Source: Reclinomonas americana ATCC 50394
Taxonomy: Eukaryota
NCBI GenBank assembly: GCA_048213135.1
Contig: PS015082.1
Coordinates: 109,012-159,570, forward strand
Direction: 5' to 3'
DNA: 50,559 nt
Part shown: positions 24,402 to 36,740 of the stretch, in pieces
How the letters are laid out: each line of letters begins with the position of its first letter
Numbering within the stretch: the stretch's first letter is position 1
Translations under genes and position numbers: made by a program
Notes under the pieces: generated by a model
The model's input: only the letters and a program-made list of their open reading frames with translations
Database searches by the model: none
What the model was told of the DNA's origin: nothing

Positions 24402-27400
24402 CTCTCGTTCTCGCTTTCTGTCACAGCCCAACGGATTGCTCCTTCAGACTTTCCTTCTTCCCTTCCTCCTCTTCTCTCTCCCTCCTCTGCTCTCTCTCAC
24501 GCACACTTTCTCACATGCGCGTCCTCCTCTGTGCTTTCCCCTTCTCTCCCTCTCTCTTGCCTCCTCTCTCACATACTTACAACCCAATCAGCCTCCCCTT
24601 CTCTTCCTCTTCTTCCTCTTCTTCCTCTTCTTCCTCTGCCCTTCCCCCTTCTCCCCCCTTCTCTTCCCTCTTTCCCTCTACTTCCCTGCCTCCCCCTGTG
24701 TCTTTCCTCTCCCTCGACCCACAATGCCATATTCACCCTCCCGTATTCATTTGATGATTTTTTTCCTGCAGATACAAGGAGGTGAAGCAAGCACTGGAGG
24801 AGAACCTGGTGTCGCCACTGGTGCGCGACAAGTTTGGCAACAGTGGTTTTTTAGTGGCTTGTCAGGTGCGCCATCTCTCCTCTCGCTCTCTGTTGTGTAA
24901 GCCTGTCATGATGCTCATGTCGCCGCTCACAGAACGGGTCGAAAAAGTTGGCCAAGCTGTTCCTGCGTCGCGGCTGCAATATCAACGATCGCAACGTTGC
25001 GCTTCCTCCCCTCGTCCCTCCCTCCCCCCAGGCGCGTCTGACTTGTGTGCGTTCCTCGCGCAGCACAAGGAGCAAACGGCGCTCCATTTTTGTTATGCGT
25101 TTGGGCATGTGGAGCTGGCCGAGTATCTGATCTCCAAGGGCGCCGACACCTCCATACGCAATGCGTATGGTCTCATGCCGGTGCAGGGCCTGAGTCCGGC
25201 CAAGGAGCCACCAGGAGCGACGCCGTCTCGCGCAGGCGCGCCGTCGGCGTCCGAGTCACCAATCTCCAGCAGCCGCGGGTCGGCAAAGAAGGAGCGTGCG
25301 CACAGCATCAACTCGGCGCGCTCCGCCATGCCATTCGATCAGCATCAGCAACGGCAGTACGGCGGTGGCTACACCGACCGGGAGGCGTTGGCTGTCAGTC
25401 TCACCACGCGCTCCTTGGAGGTGCCGCGGGTGGCGCCACTGGCCGACGACGACGACGACGACGGTGGTCACTTGGGAGGCGGCTCCACACGACAGGAGAT
25501 GATTGCGGGCTCGTATCAGGGCGGAAGGGTGAGCAGCCGTCGTTCTCGCACACCTCTCCCTCTTTTGCACTCACCCGTACGTTATGTTCGCAGTTACTGC
25601 AAACCGGCAGCGAACCCTGGCAAGATTCGGGGCGCGATGCGTACTCGGATCCCGCCGGCTACCCCACCGCCAGATCCATGCTCTCTTCTGTGTCGTCAGA
25701 GGCGAGTACCGCGCGCAGTGGCGACGTCGCCACGGCCAGTGCACGAAGATTTTACGGGTACGGCGGCAGTGGGCGGGGAAATGCCGGTGGTGCCGGCGGT
25801 GGTGGCGGAAGTGACCGCCGCAGCGGACGCAGTGCAAATGATGGCCTGGTGGACAGCGGACGTAGCGCGCAACTGCATCGCGAAGGAGATAGGTTTAGTA
25901 ATGACGGCAGTCGAGCGAGTCGGCACAGTCAGCCGGTGATGAGTGGTGGTGGTGGTGGTGGGGCGTTTAGTGACGAAGAGGGACCGAGCGGTCGCTCGAG
26001 TCGGAACAGTCGGCAGGGGGCGGCGGATGCGTTTAGCGCCGACCGCCGCACCAATCGTTCATCGCACAGCGGTGCCGGTCACTCGTCGGGCGATGCGGGA
26101 AGTGAGCAAGACTTGCGTCTGCAAGCAGAGGCAATTGTGCGCACTATGGCTGCCGAGCCGCCTTCGTCACCACCTCCGCTGGTCCCGCCCGTACCGCTGT
26201 CGGGACTCTCGTTGGTGCCGCCGCCGCCGCCACTGGTCGCGCCACTGCCCGTTCCCGTGGCACCGCCGGCGCTACCGTTTGTGGACAGCGCCAATCGGTT
26301 CCGATTGCCGCCACTCGCGCAGCTCCGATACGAGGACGACTCGATGCGGTGTGTGCCCTCCCCCTCTTCTTTTACTCGTTGCATCTCGTCTCCCTCTCAT
26401 CTTCCTCTCATTTTCTCTCTTTTCCTCTCCTTTCCTCTCGTCTCCTCTCGTTTTCTCTCAGTCTCCTCAGTCTCCTCTCAGTCTCCTCTCGTTCCTCTCG
26501 TTTCCTCTCGTTTCCTCTCAGTCTCCTCTCGTTTCCTCTCGTTTCCTCTTGTTTCCTCTCGTTTCCCTCTTGTTTCCTCTCGTTTCCACTCCTTTCCTCT
26601 CGTTTCCACTCCTTTCCTCTCGTTTCCACTCCTTTCCACTCGCTTCCTCTCGTTTCCCTCTCGTTTCCACTCGTCTCGCTCTCGATTCCACTCGTTTCCC
26701 TCTTCCTCCTCCTCTCGTCTCCCCCTCTCATCGCCTTCTCGTCTCCCTCTCATTTCCCTTCTCTTCTCCGCAGGAGTGAAACCACCGTGTCGGCCATGGC
26801 CTTTTCACAAATGCCCACATCCCCGCCGATGCCCGTGCTCACCTCGCCGACGTCGCCACCGGTGCACACAACGACCGCCGCCGCCGTCAACGTCGTCATG
26901 TCGCCGTCGCAACGAGCGCTGGCCGGTGTGGAGCCAGCGTCTGCGGTGGCACACCTGCGTATCAATGAGGTGCGCCCGGCGTCTGCGCCATCGCTTCTCG
27001 CCATGGCCATGGCGGAATCGCAGCGACAGCAGCAGCAGCAGCATCGTGGCGGTGCCCCTCCGCCACTTGCCTTGCCGGCGGATGGCGACGAGTCGCCCCC
27101 GGTGCCGCTGGTGCAAGGTGGTGGGCGGCAGCGCCGCTCGTCGGTGCGCCTGTCGGATGTTTTTGACGAACCCGTACCCTCATCCGGCATTTCCCCGTTC
27201 TCGGCGGCCGAACCGCTGTACATTCACACGCCGCTGGCACGACCGGTGGCGATGCCAGCGTCGGCCGCCGCCGCCGTCGCCGCTGCTGTGGCCGCCGGCT
27301 CACCACCGAGCGAGGTCATGCGACACTCCCCGATGCGTGCAGCCACGGCGACCTCGCCGTCGCCACAACACCGACAGACCGGCCACCGAAGGCGCGTGAG

Positions 27401-27722
27401 CACATCGAGCACCGCGCCTCTCCGCACACCCGTCGAAGTGACCACTCTCGAATCGCTGGTGGCCTCGTCACCACGCTCGCCACCGCCACTGGTCGGCGTC
27501 TCCGCGCAACCCGGTGGCCTCGCCTCGCCCGGCTACGACCCTTCGCTCGGCTCCCCACAGACCGACGAGGAAGACGTGTACGGCTCCTCCGCCGACGGCA
27601 ACTACCAGATCAAAACCCCCGCCAGATTACGGGAAGCACGTGCCGCACAACGCCGCCAGCAGCAAGCCACCCCACCATTACGACTTCACGGCGACGTACA
27701 GGAAACTGTGGACTACTTGTAA
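23833..27722 (+). CDS. Ankyrin-repeat protein with a long low-complexity C-terminus
   Basis: Spliced FFAKVRNLR|YKEVKQALEEN...RDKFGNSGFLVACQ|NGSKKLAKLFLRRGCNINDRN|HKEQTALHFCYAFGHVELAEYLISKGADTSIRNAYG. Downstream exon boundaries are less certain. Confidence 0.8.
26420..26700 (+). repeat. Intronic minisatellite of ~10-nt units (CTCGTTTCCT/CTCGTTTCCA)
   Basis: More than 20 degenerate units are visible directly in the sequence. Confidence 0.85.
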
Positions 27723-28028
27723 CAAGAGAAAATGGATAGTTTATTATTTGTCTGCACGCTGGGTAATGCATCTTCCTTGTCTTCTGGGCGAGTTCAGCGT
27801 CTACGTAGGCCGCTGACACCATTTGCAATACTGGTCACGATGACATCAGTCGTCTTGGTTTCTGCAGATCTGCGTTATCTGCTCATGTGCATGGTTCCCA
27901 CTGGAAGGTCGTATGTGTATCTCTCTCTCTCACTCTGTTCTTGGTTAAAGCGGAGGCTCAACAGGAAACCCAGAAAGCCATTTGTAACGGTCGAAGTTCC
28001 GCGAAGTTATTGGAAGAGAGTGAGAGAG

Positions 28029-28123
28029 ATGGCGCTCATCTTCAAGATGGGCGCTGGGCCCGAGATCCTGCGTGAGGTGTTGTTGGAGCTTGGTGAGTGT
28101 GTGTGTGAGTGTGAGGGACGCAA

Positions 28124-28164
<41 letters not shown>

Positions 28165-30665
28165 CTCTCAGTCTCTCTCAGTCTCTCTCCCTCGTCTCTC
28201 TTCCTCTCTCTCCTCCTCCTCTCTCTCTCTCTCTCTCTATCTCTCCTCTTCTTTCCCCTTCTCTCCCCTTCTCTCCCCTTCTCTCCCTCTCTTCCTCACT
28301 CTCACTCTCATACAGAGTGGGAGGAGTTTGACGCGGAGGTTCACGAGCCTGAGGCGTGGCACTTGTGGTGGAAGAACTCTCGCTTTCGGATCAAGCAGAA
28401 CGAGCACTGCGCAGCGTACCAGCGCGTCAATCACTTTCCGAACTCGTGGCAAATGACGCGCAAAGACACTCTTGTGCGCAACATGCGACGATCGCGAGGC
28501 ATTCACGGTGCCATCTTTGACTTTATCCCCGACTCCTTCATCCTCCCCAACGAGTATGTCAAGTTTATGCATCAGTACGCCGAGGAGACGCGAGGAGGCA
28601 ACAAGGTAAGACGAGGAGAAGCATGTGAGCGCGAGCTGGTCCTGACAGTATCTATCGTAGCCTGTGTGGATCTGTAAGCCGTCGGATTTGAGTCGCGGGC
28701 GCAAGATCTTTCTGTTCACCGATCACAGTGAGTTGTCGTACGACAACACGTATGTGCTGCAGAGGTACATTCCCGATCCGCTGCTTATTGGTGGATACAA
28801 GTTGCGTCATTCCTCTGCCCCCTTCTTTGCTTTGAGTTGCTGACAGCTCTTCAGGTTCGATCTGCGCATGTTGCGTCGAGTGCGTGGAGGGATCGGTTTC
28901 CACTGTTTGCCGAGTCTCTGACTTTGATTGCACACAGTTACGTGCTGGTGACGTCGTATCACCCGCTGCGTATCTTTTTGTATCACGAGGGCCTGGCGAG
29001 ATTCAGCACGCAAAAGTTGCGCGGACCTGCGCGCCACGTGCGTCGGGGCCGATGAACTTATGTTGTTGCTGCGTGTCGCAGATACGACAATGCGTCGCTG
29101 AAGAACCAGTACGCGCACTTGACGAATGCCTCCATCAACAAGTTCAGTCCACAGTATGCCGAGTCGAAACCCACCATTGGCGAGGGCAGCAAGTGGCCAC
29201 TGGCGCGTCTGCGGACGTACTTTGCCTCGCAGGGAATCGATGATCAGATCATGTGGCGACGCATTCGAGACGACTGCATTCTCACGCTGGCCACCACGGC
29301 AGCGTGCATTCCCGAAAACACTGCGCAGTGCTTTGAGTTGTATGGCTTTGGTGCGTGTTTGTGCCAGACAGCGTCAAGTAGCCGGTCGATGCTGACGGTA
29401 TTGGCGCAGATTATCTGCTGGACGAGAAACTGAAACCGTGGTTGCTGGAGGTCAACTTTTCGCCAGCACTCGGTATCGACAATGACATTGATCGACAAGT
29501 GAAGAAGGTGACACGGTGGCTACATTCTTGTGTTGAGTCTCTCCCCTCATCTTGCCTCTCTCCACAGCCGCTGCTGCAAGACACGATCCGCATCCTCAAC
29601 TTCAATCCGGACGCCAAGCGCCTATGGGAGGAGCAAACGGCGCGCGAGAAGAACAAGGTACAGTGTCGTTGCCTGCCATGCTGTGAAACCCGGCCACAGT
29701 GGTTGATTCGCTGCGTGTAGGCCGCCAAACCAGCCGTCCCGCGCTCGCTCTCGTCGACTACGGTAACTCGCAAGCGGTCACTCTCGTCTGGGCCCACCAC
29801 TGCTACCGCCGCCGCCGCTGCTGCCACCGCCGCCACCGCCGCATCGGCCTCTGCTCCTCGCGCGCCAGGTGGTCCGTCAAGATCGCGCGCAGCAGCAGCA
29901 GCAGCCGCTGCTCAACCGAGTCCCGACAAGGTGCGCCGCACACGCACCAATCCGCGTCTGTCACTGGGCGTCCCACGCGGTGCTGGTGGATCCGAGGCGA
30001 CGGCCACCGCCGCCGCCACGGTAACGCCCTCTGCCGCTGCGGGTAGGGGCGCAGCGCGGCCAAGAGGAAGCGGTGCACTGCGTCGTCGCCAGCGTGCAAC
30101 GATGTCGGACGGTGAAGATCTGGCGGCGGACGACGACGAAGAGTTCCTGTCGTCGCTGGCGGCAGGTGCCATTGACGACGAGAGCGAAGATCCCGAAGAG
30201 GAGGAGGAGGAGGAGGAATCGGCAGTCGCCAGCCGACGCAAGCACCGACACGGCGCACCATCTGCGTCCGCCGCACCGGTATTAGCCTCCTCAGCTCCCG
30301 CCCCTCCTCGCGCCCCTGCCCCCGCCCCCGCCCCTGCCCGCACCATTGAGGCCGCCGAGTTTGGCGGCTCCGCTGGCCCCTCATCTGCAGCCGCTGGTGC
30401 ATCCTCCGAACCGTGCGTCGAAGCCCCGCTGTACCCGGGCTACCTTACACAAGAGCTCCGCGACCGCATCCCGCCCGGCACCGACCCACAAGAGATCTTT
30501 GGCGACTTCCACCTCATCTTCCCCTTCAACGACGAGACGGAGCGCGTCGCCGGCCTTCTCTCGGAACGCTCTCGGGATCGCGAGTCACAAGTGCGAATTA
30601 TCGTGCACCACCTGAAGCAATTTCGCAAATCGTCGTCGTCGTCGTCAGCTGCTGCGCGAGAGTAA
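28029..30665 (+). CDS. TTLL2: Tubulin polyglutamylase of the TTLL family, TTLL2-like; start may lie further upstream (in-frame ATG at 27732)
   Basis: WHLWWKNSRF; RVNHFP...[90 protein letters not shown]; C-terminal GDFHLIFPFN. Confidence 0.88.
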
Positions 30666-30669
30666 ACAA

Positions 30670-31325
30670 ATGTCACTCTCACAAGTGTTTGTGCTCTCCT
30701 CGCGCGGAGACACAATCGTCTTTCGCGACTGTTGCGTGTGTGAGACACAAGAGAAGAGAGTGAGGGCACTTTTATCACACAGTTTGATGGTGTTCTCTCT
30801 CTCTCTCTNNNNNNNNNNNNNNNNNNNNNNNNNNNNNNNNNNNNNNNNNNNNNNNNNNNNNNNNNNNNNNNNNNNNNNNNNNNNNNNNNNNNNNNNNNNN
30901 NNNNNNNNNNNNNNNNNNNNNNNNNNNNNNNNNNNNNNNNNNNNNNNNNNNNNNNNNNNNNNNNNNNNNNNNNNNNNNNNNNNNNNNNNNNNNNNNNNNN
31001 NNNNNNNNNNNNNNNNNNNNNNNNNNNNNNNNNNNNNNNNNNNNNNNNNNNNNNNNNNNNNNNNNNNNNNNNNNNNNNNNNNNNNNNNNNNNNNNNNNNN
31101 NNNNNNNNNNNNNNNNNNNNNNNNNNNNNNNNNNNNNNNNNNNNNNNNNNNNNNNNNNNNCCGTCCGTTCCGGTCCGTACCGTACGACACACACTACACA
31201 CACACTACTACTACTCTCTCTCTCTCTTCTTCGTCGTACGTACGTACGTTAGTTAGTTGTCGTCGTACGTACGTACGTACGTACGTACGTACGTACTACT
31301 ACTCTCTCTCTCTCTACTACTACTA

Positions 31326-31381
<56 letters not shown>

Positions 31382-34087
31382 TTCCACAATGACCATGCAT
31401 TCACACTCATATCACGCACTCTCACTTGCAGCTCGCATCTCTCATATGTCATGTCTCTCTCTCTCTCTCATCTCTCTCAGACCGCGGTGACATCACCAAG
31501 GCCTCGACCGAGATCTTCTTCCGCAAGATCCGCTTTGAGGAGACGATTGCGCCACCAGTGTTCGCCGTCGACGGCATTCAGTTCATGTATCTGAAGAAGA
31601 GCGGCGTGTACTTTGTGTGCACCTCGCGTGTCAATGCATCGCCGTCGTTTGGTCTCGAGCTGTTGGTGCGCATCACCCGCATCTTCAAGGACTACTGTGG
31701 CGTGCTCAGCGAGGAGGCGCTGCGGAAGAACTTTATTTTGGCGTATGAGTTGTTGGATGAGGTCGTGGTGAGTGCGATGATGATTGAGGATGTTTGACTG
31801 CATTGGGTGTATTTGTGATTGACTGGTGGTGCGCTACTAGGATTTCGGGCATGTGCAAGACATGTCGTCGGAGCAGTTGAAGGTGTGGAGAGTGGCTCCT
31901 TTCAGTCTTTCCGTGTCTGTGATCAATCGGTTTCCTTCCACTCTCGTGTCGCCGAGGCCGGCCACATGTCTCAGTCTCTCTTCTGCTGTGAGCACTCTTT
32001 GTGTTGCGCCGACGCGGCCACGTCTTCCGATCGCCCTTCCCATTCGTGCTCACTCGTCCTCTTTCCACTCTCGTCTTTTTATGTTGCGTCGAGGCTATCA
32101 GTCGATGCAATCGCTCCTCTCGTCCATGATCACTCGTTTATCTTCTACTCTCGTGTCTTTCTGCCGCACCGACGCGGCCACGTGTTTCAGTGGCTCTTTT
32201 CGTCCATGATCACCGTTTCTCTTCCGTTGTTGTCTCTTTCTGCTGCACCGACGTGGTCACGCGCTTCGGTCGCTCAGTGGTCATTCGTTTTCCCTTACAC
32301 TCTCATCTCCTTCTGCTGCGACGAGGTGGCCCACGTTTCTGTTGTTTTTCTGCTGTGAACACTCGTTTCCCCTTCCATTCTCATCTCTTTCTGCCGCACC
32401 GACGCGGCCACGCGTTTCAATCGCTCTTCTCTTCCGTACTCGTTTTCCTTCCTTTGGTGCCGCGTGACTCAGTCGCTCTTCTCATCGCTATCTACACTCT
32501 TCCGAATGTGACCGCCACTCACCTCGCCGTTTCCCTTCTCATTGCAGGTGTACATTTTCAACGAGCCCGCACCGATTGATGGCTCCTCCAAGTTCCTGGA
32601 CAAGCTCAGCAACCTGCGGGTGTGTTATTGCTGCTGCTGCTTCTTCTTCTTCCTCCATGTTTTTCTTCTTTCTCTTCTTCTTCTTCTTCTCCTTGTGCTT
32701 CTTCTTCTTCTCCCCCTCCTCCTCCTCCTCCTCCTTCGCCTCCTCCTCCTCCTCCTCCTTTCCTCCTTCTCCCCCTCCCCCTCCCCCTCCTTCTCTTCCT
32801 GCGCTGAGTGCGGCTGCAGGTGACGGAGCGCAAGACTGTGTCGAGCACGGCATCGAATCGGTCGATTCTGGCGCCGGCCGGCAAGGGCGCCAAGGCCAAG
32901 AACGAAGTGTTTTTGGATGTGATTGAACGCGTCGACTGCATCTGCAACGCGCAGGTGTGTGACCTTTTCGATTCCCCCCTCCTGTGGCCACTCGGTTGAC
33001 GACGCTTTTTCTCGCAGGGCTCGATCATCAAGTCGTCCGTGCACGGCGTCATCACCATGAAGAATTTCCTGTCGGGCGATCCGCACATTCGCATGTCTCT
33101 CAACTCCAATTTGCAGATTGGCCGCCGTCCCGAGAGCTCCTCGTACGGAGGTCAGTCATGCGTGCATCACTTTGGCGCTTGCCGTTGTTACTCATCGGTC
33201 GTTCTTTTGCGTCGCGCAGGCATTGTGTTTGACGACTGCAACTTCCACGACTGTGTCAACTTGAGCCAGTTCGACATTGATCGCTCGTTGGCCTTCAAGC
33301 CGCCAGATGGCGAGTTCAACGTGATGACGTACCGGGTGGACGGCGTGTATGAGTTGCGTGCGACTCTTCATCGCAGCAGTAGGGATTATCGTAACTCAAT
33401 TGGTTGCCTTCATTCTACCAGCATTCCGTTCCGCGTCATGGCGCACATTGAGGAGCTGTCGCAGCGTCGTCTGGAGTTGGTGGTTCGGCTGGCGGCCAAC
33501 AACATCCCAAGCGATTCACACGCGTCGAATGTTGTTGTGCGTGTGCCTGTGCCCGACATTACAACCTCGTTGCGTGCAACTCGCGAGGAGTTCCGAGAGA
33601 AGGGTTCGCGTACTCATGCTGGATTCGCAGTGTGGGTCACGATTACGGTGGCGACGGCGCCGGTCAGTCATACGAGTGGATGCCGAGTGAGAAGGTGGCC
33701 ATTTGGCAAATCAAGAAGTTCAACGGTGGCACCGAGGAGCTGATGCGCTTCAGGGTATGTTTTTTCAGCGGATGCGCGCCGAGCTCGAGGAAAAAGTTGT
33801 GTTTCTCATGCACGGCTCGCAGCTGTCGCTCGACGCGGACATTACCAACCTGTATCGCAAGCAAATCGGGCCTGTGAGGTGAGCCGTCCCGTGTGTGTTG
33901 CGTCGTTGTCTCCCTCTCTCTCTCTCTTTGTTCACACTCTCGTAGCCTGTCGTTCGAGGTGCCGATGCACAACGTCACGGGTCTCGAGCTGACGAGTCTC
34001 AACATTGAGGAGCGCGGCAAGTACAACCCCGCGCGCTGGATCCGCTACATCACACTCGCCGAGTCGTACGTGTGCCGACCATTCTGA
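30670..34087 (+). CDS. AP4M1: Adaptor protein complex 4 medium (mu) subunit
   Basis: MSLSQVFVLSSRGDTIVFRDYRGD...EIFFRK...PPVFAVDGI...RIFKDYCGVLSEEALRKNFILAYELLDEVVDFG; KNEVFLDVIER; FDDCNFHDCV; PPDGEFNVMTYR; RWIRYITLAESYVCR. Confidence 0.93.
31950..32480 (+). repeat. Degenerate ~75-80-bp tandem repeat in an AP4M1 intron
   Basis: Core ctgccgcaccgacgcggccacg or variants at ~31951, 32007, 32161, 32240, 32314 and 32391. Confidence 0.75.
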
Positions 34088-34169
34088 TTGGCCGCCTCTC
34101 TCGCACGCACGAGAAACACAATGAAACAACTGCGTGCACGATCACAACACAGTACAGCAGGTCTGATTA

Positions 34170-35379
34170 TTATTGAAAGTTCACTCTTCTCGACGACGAC
34201 GACGATGATGGGAGACCTCTGCAACGGAGACACGTCAGCGGCAGCATAACACAGCGTGCACCTATCCACAACACCAGACGCAACATGCTCTGCGAGGGCA
34301 TCGGCACTGGATTCATCAACGCATTCGCTCGCGCTCGCTCCCCACGCTCGCGCTCCAACCTCTCTCTCCGCAACCGGTCTATCTCCGACTCCTTCACCAC
34401 CGCACGCACCGCCAGCTGTTCCACGCACAGTCAGTCAGTCCGTACGCACGCACGCACACAGAGCAATCACGGACGACGCACTTGCCGCTCTGCCTCGGCC
34501 CGTTTCGCCTCTCGCTTCTGCCGCTTGCGCAACTCGGTCTTGACAAGCACCAGTAACCTGTACGCATCGGTGGCATCCACACGCGACGGCCTGCTCACTC
34601 TGCATGCATGCAAACCGATATGATCATCCCCGCTCAAGGTTGACGAATGGCGGGGGGCGGTGTCCACACTCAACTGCCCCTCCGCAGACGACGGTCTCTC
34701 GAAATACCACGGCTTGCTGTCGCTCTTCTCAATGGACCCAAAGCCGAGGGCGTACTTTTTCTGCTCCTCCGGGTCCATCTCCCCGTGCTTCTTCTTCTGC
34801 CTCTTCATCGGTGGCGCCAGTCCCTGCAACATCAACATGAGATCTCCTTCTTTGTGTTGTCGCTTCGTGAGTGCCCGCAACGCACTCCCGTCTCCGCCTC
34901 CTCGCGCTCAGCATCCGCGAACAAGTTGACTGGCGTTGCCTCTGCGGTTGTCGTCGTCGTTGTTGTCTCACTCCCCTCTTCATCGCCACCTCGTTGTCGG
35001 CGCTTGAGAACCTCCAGTCGCGCCTCTTGTTCTCTCAGCGCCGCCTGCTCTCGCGCCTCCTCCTGTTTGCGCTTGTGCTCTGCCTCATCGCGCTCCACGC
35101 GATCAATGTTCTGTGCGAGGGGGCGGAGGGTGTGAGTGAGGGAGAGAGAGATAAGGAAGGAGTGTGATTACGAAACATCGCGGTTCCACACATTCCACGA
35201 CTGTGTGCACACAAGTAGGTGAGTGGAAGCGAGTAGGAGTCAAGGGAGAGACGAGTATTGAGGCGTACCTTGTGTGCTGTGTGGGAGTGTAAGAAAGTGA
35301 GAGAGAGAGTGAGTCGGATGCAAAGAAAGAGGGAGAGTGAGGAGGAGACGCAACGGAGAATGATCAGGCGCCCACTCAT
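34170..35379 (-). CDS. LENG1: LENG1-like protein (CIR_N domain, splicing-associated)
   Basis: Spliced MSGRLIILPHKSWNVWNRDNIDRVERDEAE (CIR_N), then VNLFAD, KPWY and IDRLRRERLERERGERARANALM. Confidence 0.8.
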
Positions 35380-35651
35380 GCGTTAAAGGTGAGGGTGACA
35401 CAGGAAAGCCGGTGCTCCAACACCAAGCACAAGCCAATGGGACATAGAGTGTGGGACCAAGTGATCTCGGAAGATCCTCATACGCTCTCATACTTGTGTG
35501 CGCTATCGTCCTTTCTCCCCGTAGTGTGCACTTGCAGTTCTTTGTGAACGTCGCTGAAACAACCACAAAAAGAATCCATTTATCAACAAACAAGCAACAG
35601 CTGACAATGTATGCAGACGGCATAGAGTGCTGTTCTTGCTTACGACACAGT

Positions 35652-36740
35652 TCAGAGACCGCCGTCCATGCACGTGAACCAGCGATGAGCAACAACCTCC
35701 GCCTCCTCGACAATGAAGCACCGCAGCACAATCTCCACCAAGCAGCGCGGATCCAGTTCCCCCCACTTACTCTCGCGCTGCACCTTCTGCACAGCGTGCA
35801 TGGCCATCCGCGCGCAGTTGAGCTCCCGTCGAGCGAGTCCACGCGGCGTCCAGCCCACCTGCACCGTCGAGTCCTGACTCGCGCTGACGATGTGCTCGCC
35901 GTCGCGAGTGACAATCACAGACCACACCACGTCGGAGTGTCCCTCCAATCGTTGCACCTCCTCGCCACTGGCCAGGGACCACACTCGCATTGTGTCGTCA
36001 TGACCGCCGCTCACCGCAAACAGACCGTCGGGAGTCACGGCAACACACCGCACCCAGTGAGTGTGTCCCACCAACCGTCGCACCTCTTCTCCACTCGCCA
36101 GCTTCCACACTCGCACGGTTTGATCCTGACTCGCGCTCGCGATGTGCTGGCCGTCGCGAGTGATGGTGACCGACAGTACCCCTTGAGTGTGGCCTTCCAG
36201 CCGCCGAACCTCCGCCCCACTCTCCAGTGACCACACTCGCACTGTGTTGTCGGAGCTCCCGCTCACGACGTGCTGACCGTCGGGAGTGACGGCCACGGAG
36301 ACCACGGTACCAGTGTGTCCCTCCAGTCGTCGCACTTCCTCTCCATTCGCCAGTGACCACACTCGCACTGTCTTGTCAAAACTGCCAGTCACAGCGTATT
36401 GACCGTCAGGAGTGATGGCGACCGACAACACCGCATGCGTATGCCCCGTCAACTGTCGCACCTCCTTGCCACTTGCCAGTGACCACACGCGTGCGGTGTC
36501 GTCGAAACTTGCACTCACAACGTGCTGGCCATCGGGAGTGACTGCAACCGACCACACGCAGGCGATGTGCCCCTCCATCCGTTGCACCTCCTCCCCGCTC
36601 GCCAGCGACCACACACGCACGGTCTTATCGTAGCCTCCACTGACAATGTGGAGACCGTCGGGAGTGAGAGTGACAGAGGTTACTGTGCCAGTGTGTCCGC
36701 ACAAGCATGCACATGGGTGAGAAGAGGGATCTGAGGACAT
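35652..36740 (-). CDS. Intronless WD40 protein, 7 repeats plus a conserved C-terminal tail (paralogue 1)
   Basis: 362-aa ORF with seven GH..V.SV.VTPDG..VVSG..D.TVRVWSLASGEEVRRLE units. Confidence 0.92.
   Translation of the reverse strand: MSSDPSSHPCACLCGHTGTVTSVTLTPDGLHIVSGGYDKTVRVWSLASGEEVQRMEGHIACVWSVAVTPDGQHVVSASFDDTARVWSLASGKEVRQLTGHTHAVLSVAITPDGQYAVTGSFDKTVRVWSLANGEEVRRLEGHTGTVVSVAVTPDGQHVVSGSSDNTVRVWSLESGAEVRRLEGHTQGVLSVTITRDGQHIASASQDQTVRVWKLASGEEVRRLVGHTHWVRCVAVTPDGLFAVSGGHDDTMRVWSLASGEEVQRLEGHSDVVWSVIVTRDGEHIVSASQDSTVQVGWTPRGLARRELNCARMAMHAVQKVQRESKWGELDPRCLVEIVLRCFIVEEAEVVAHRWFTCMDGGL

Noticed and set aside
31161-31330. (GTAC)n/(TAC)n palindromic-looking array next to a gap
   Set aside because: It sits at a contig edge within (CT)n and follows the TACG cycle typical of pyrosequencing flow noise, so it is likely an artefact.
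31950-32480. Regularly spaced 22-nt core with variable intervening sequence, superficially CRISPR-like
   Set aside because: The cores are degenerate, the 'spacers' resemble each other, it lies inside a eukaryotic intron, and there are no cas genes. It is a decayed tandem repeat.
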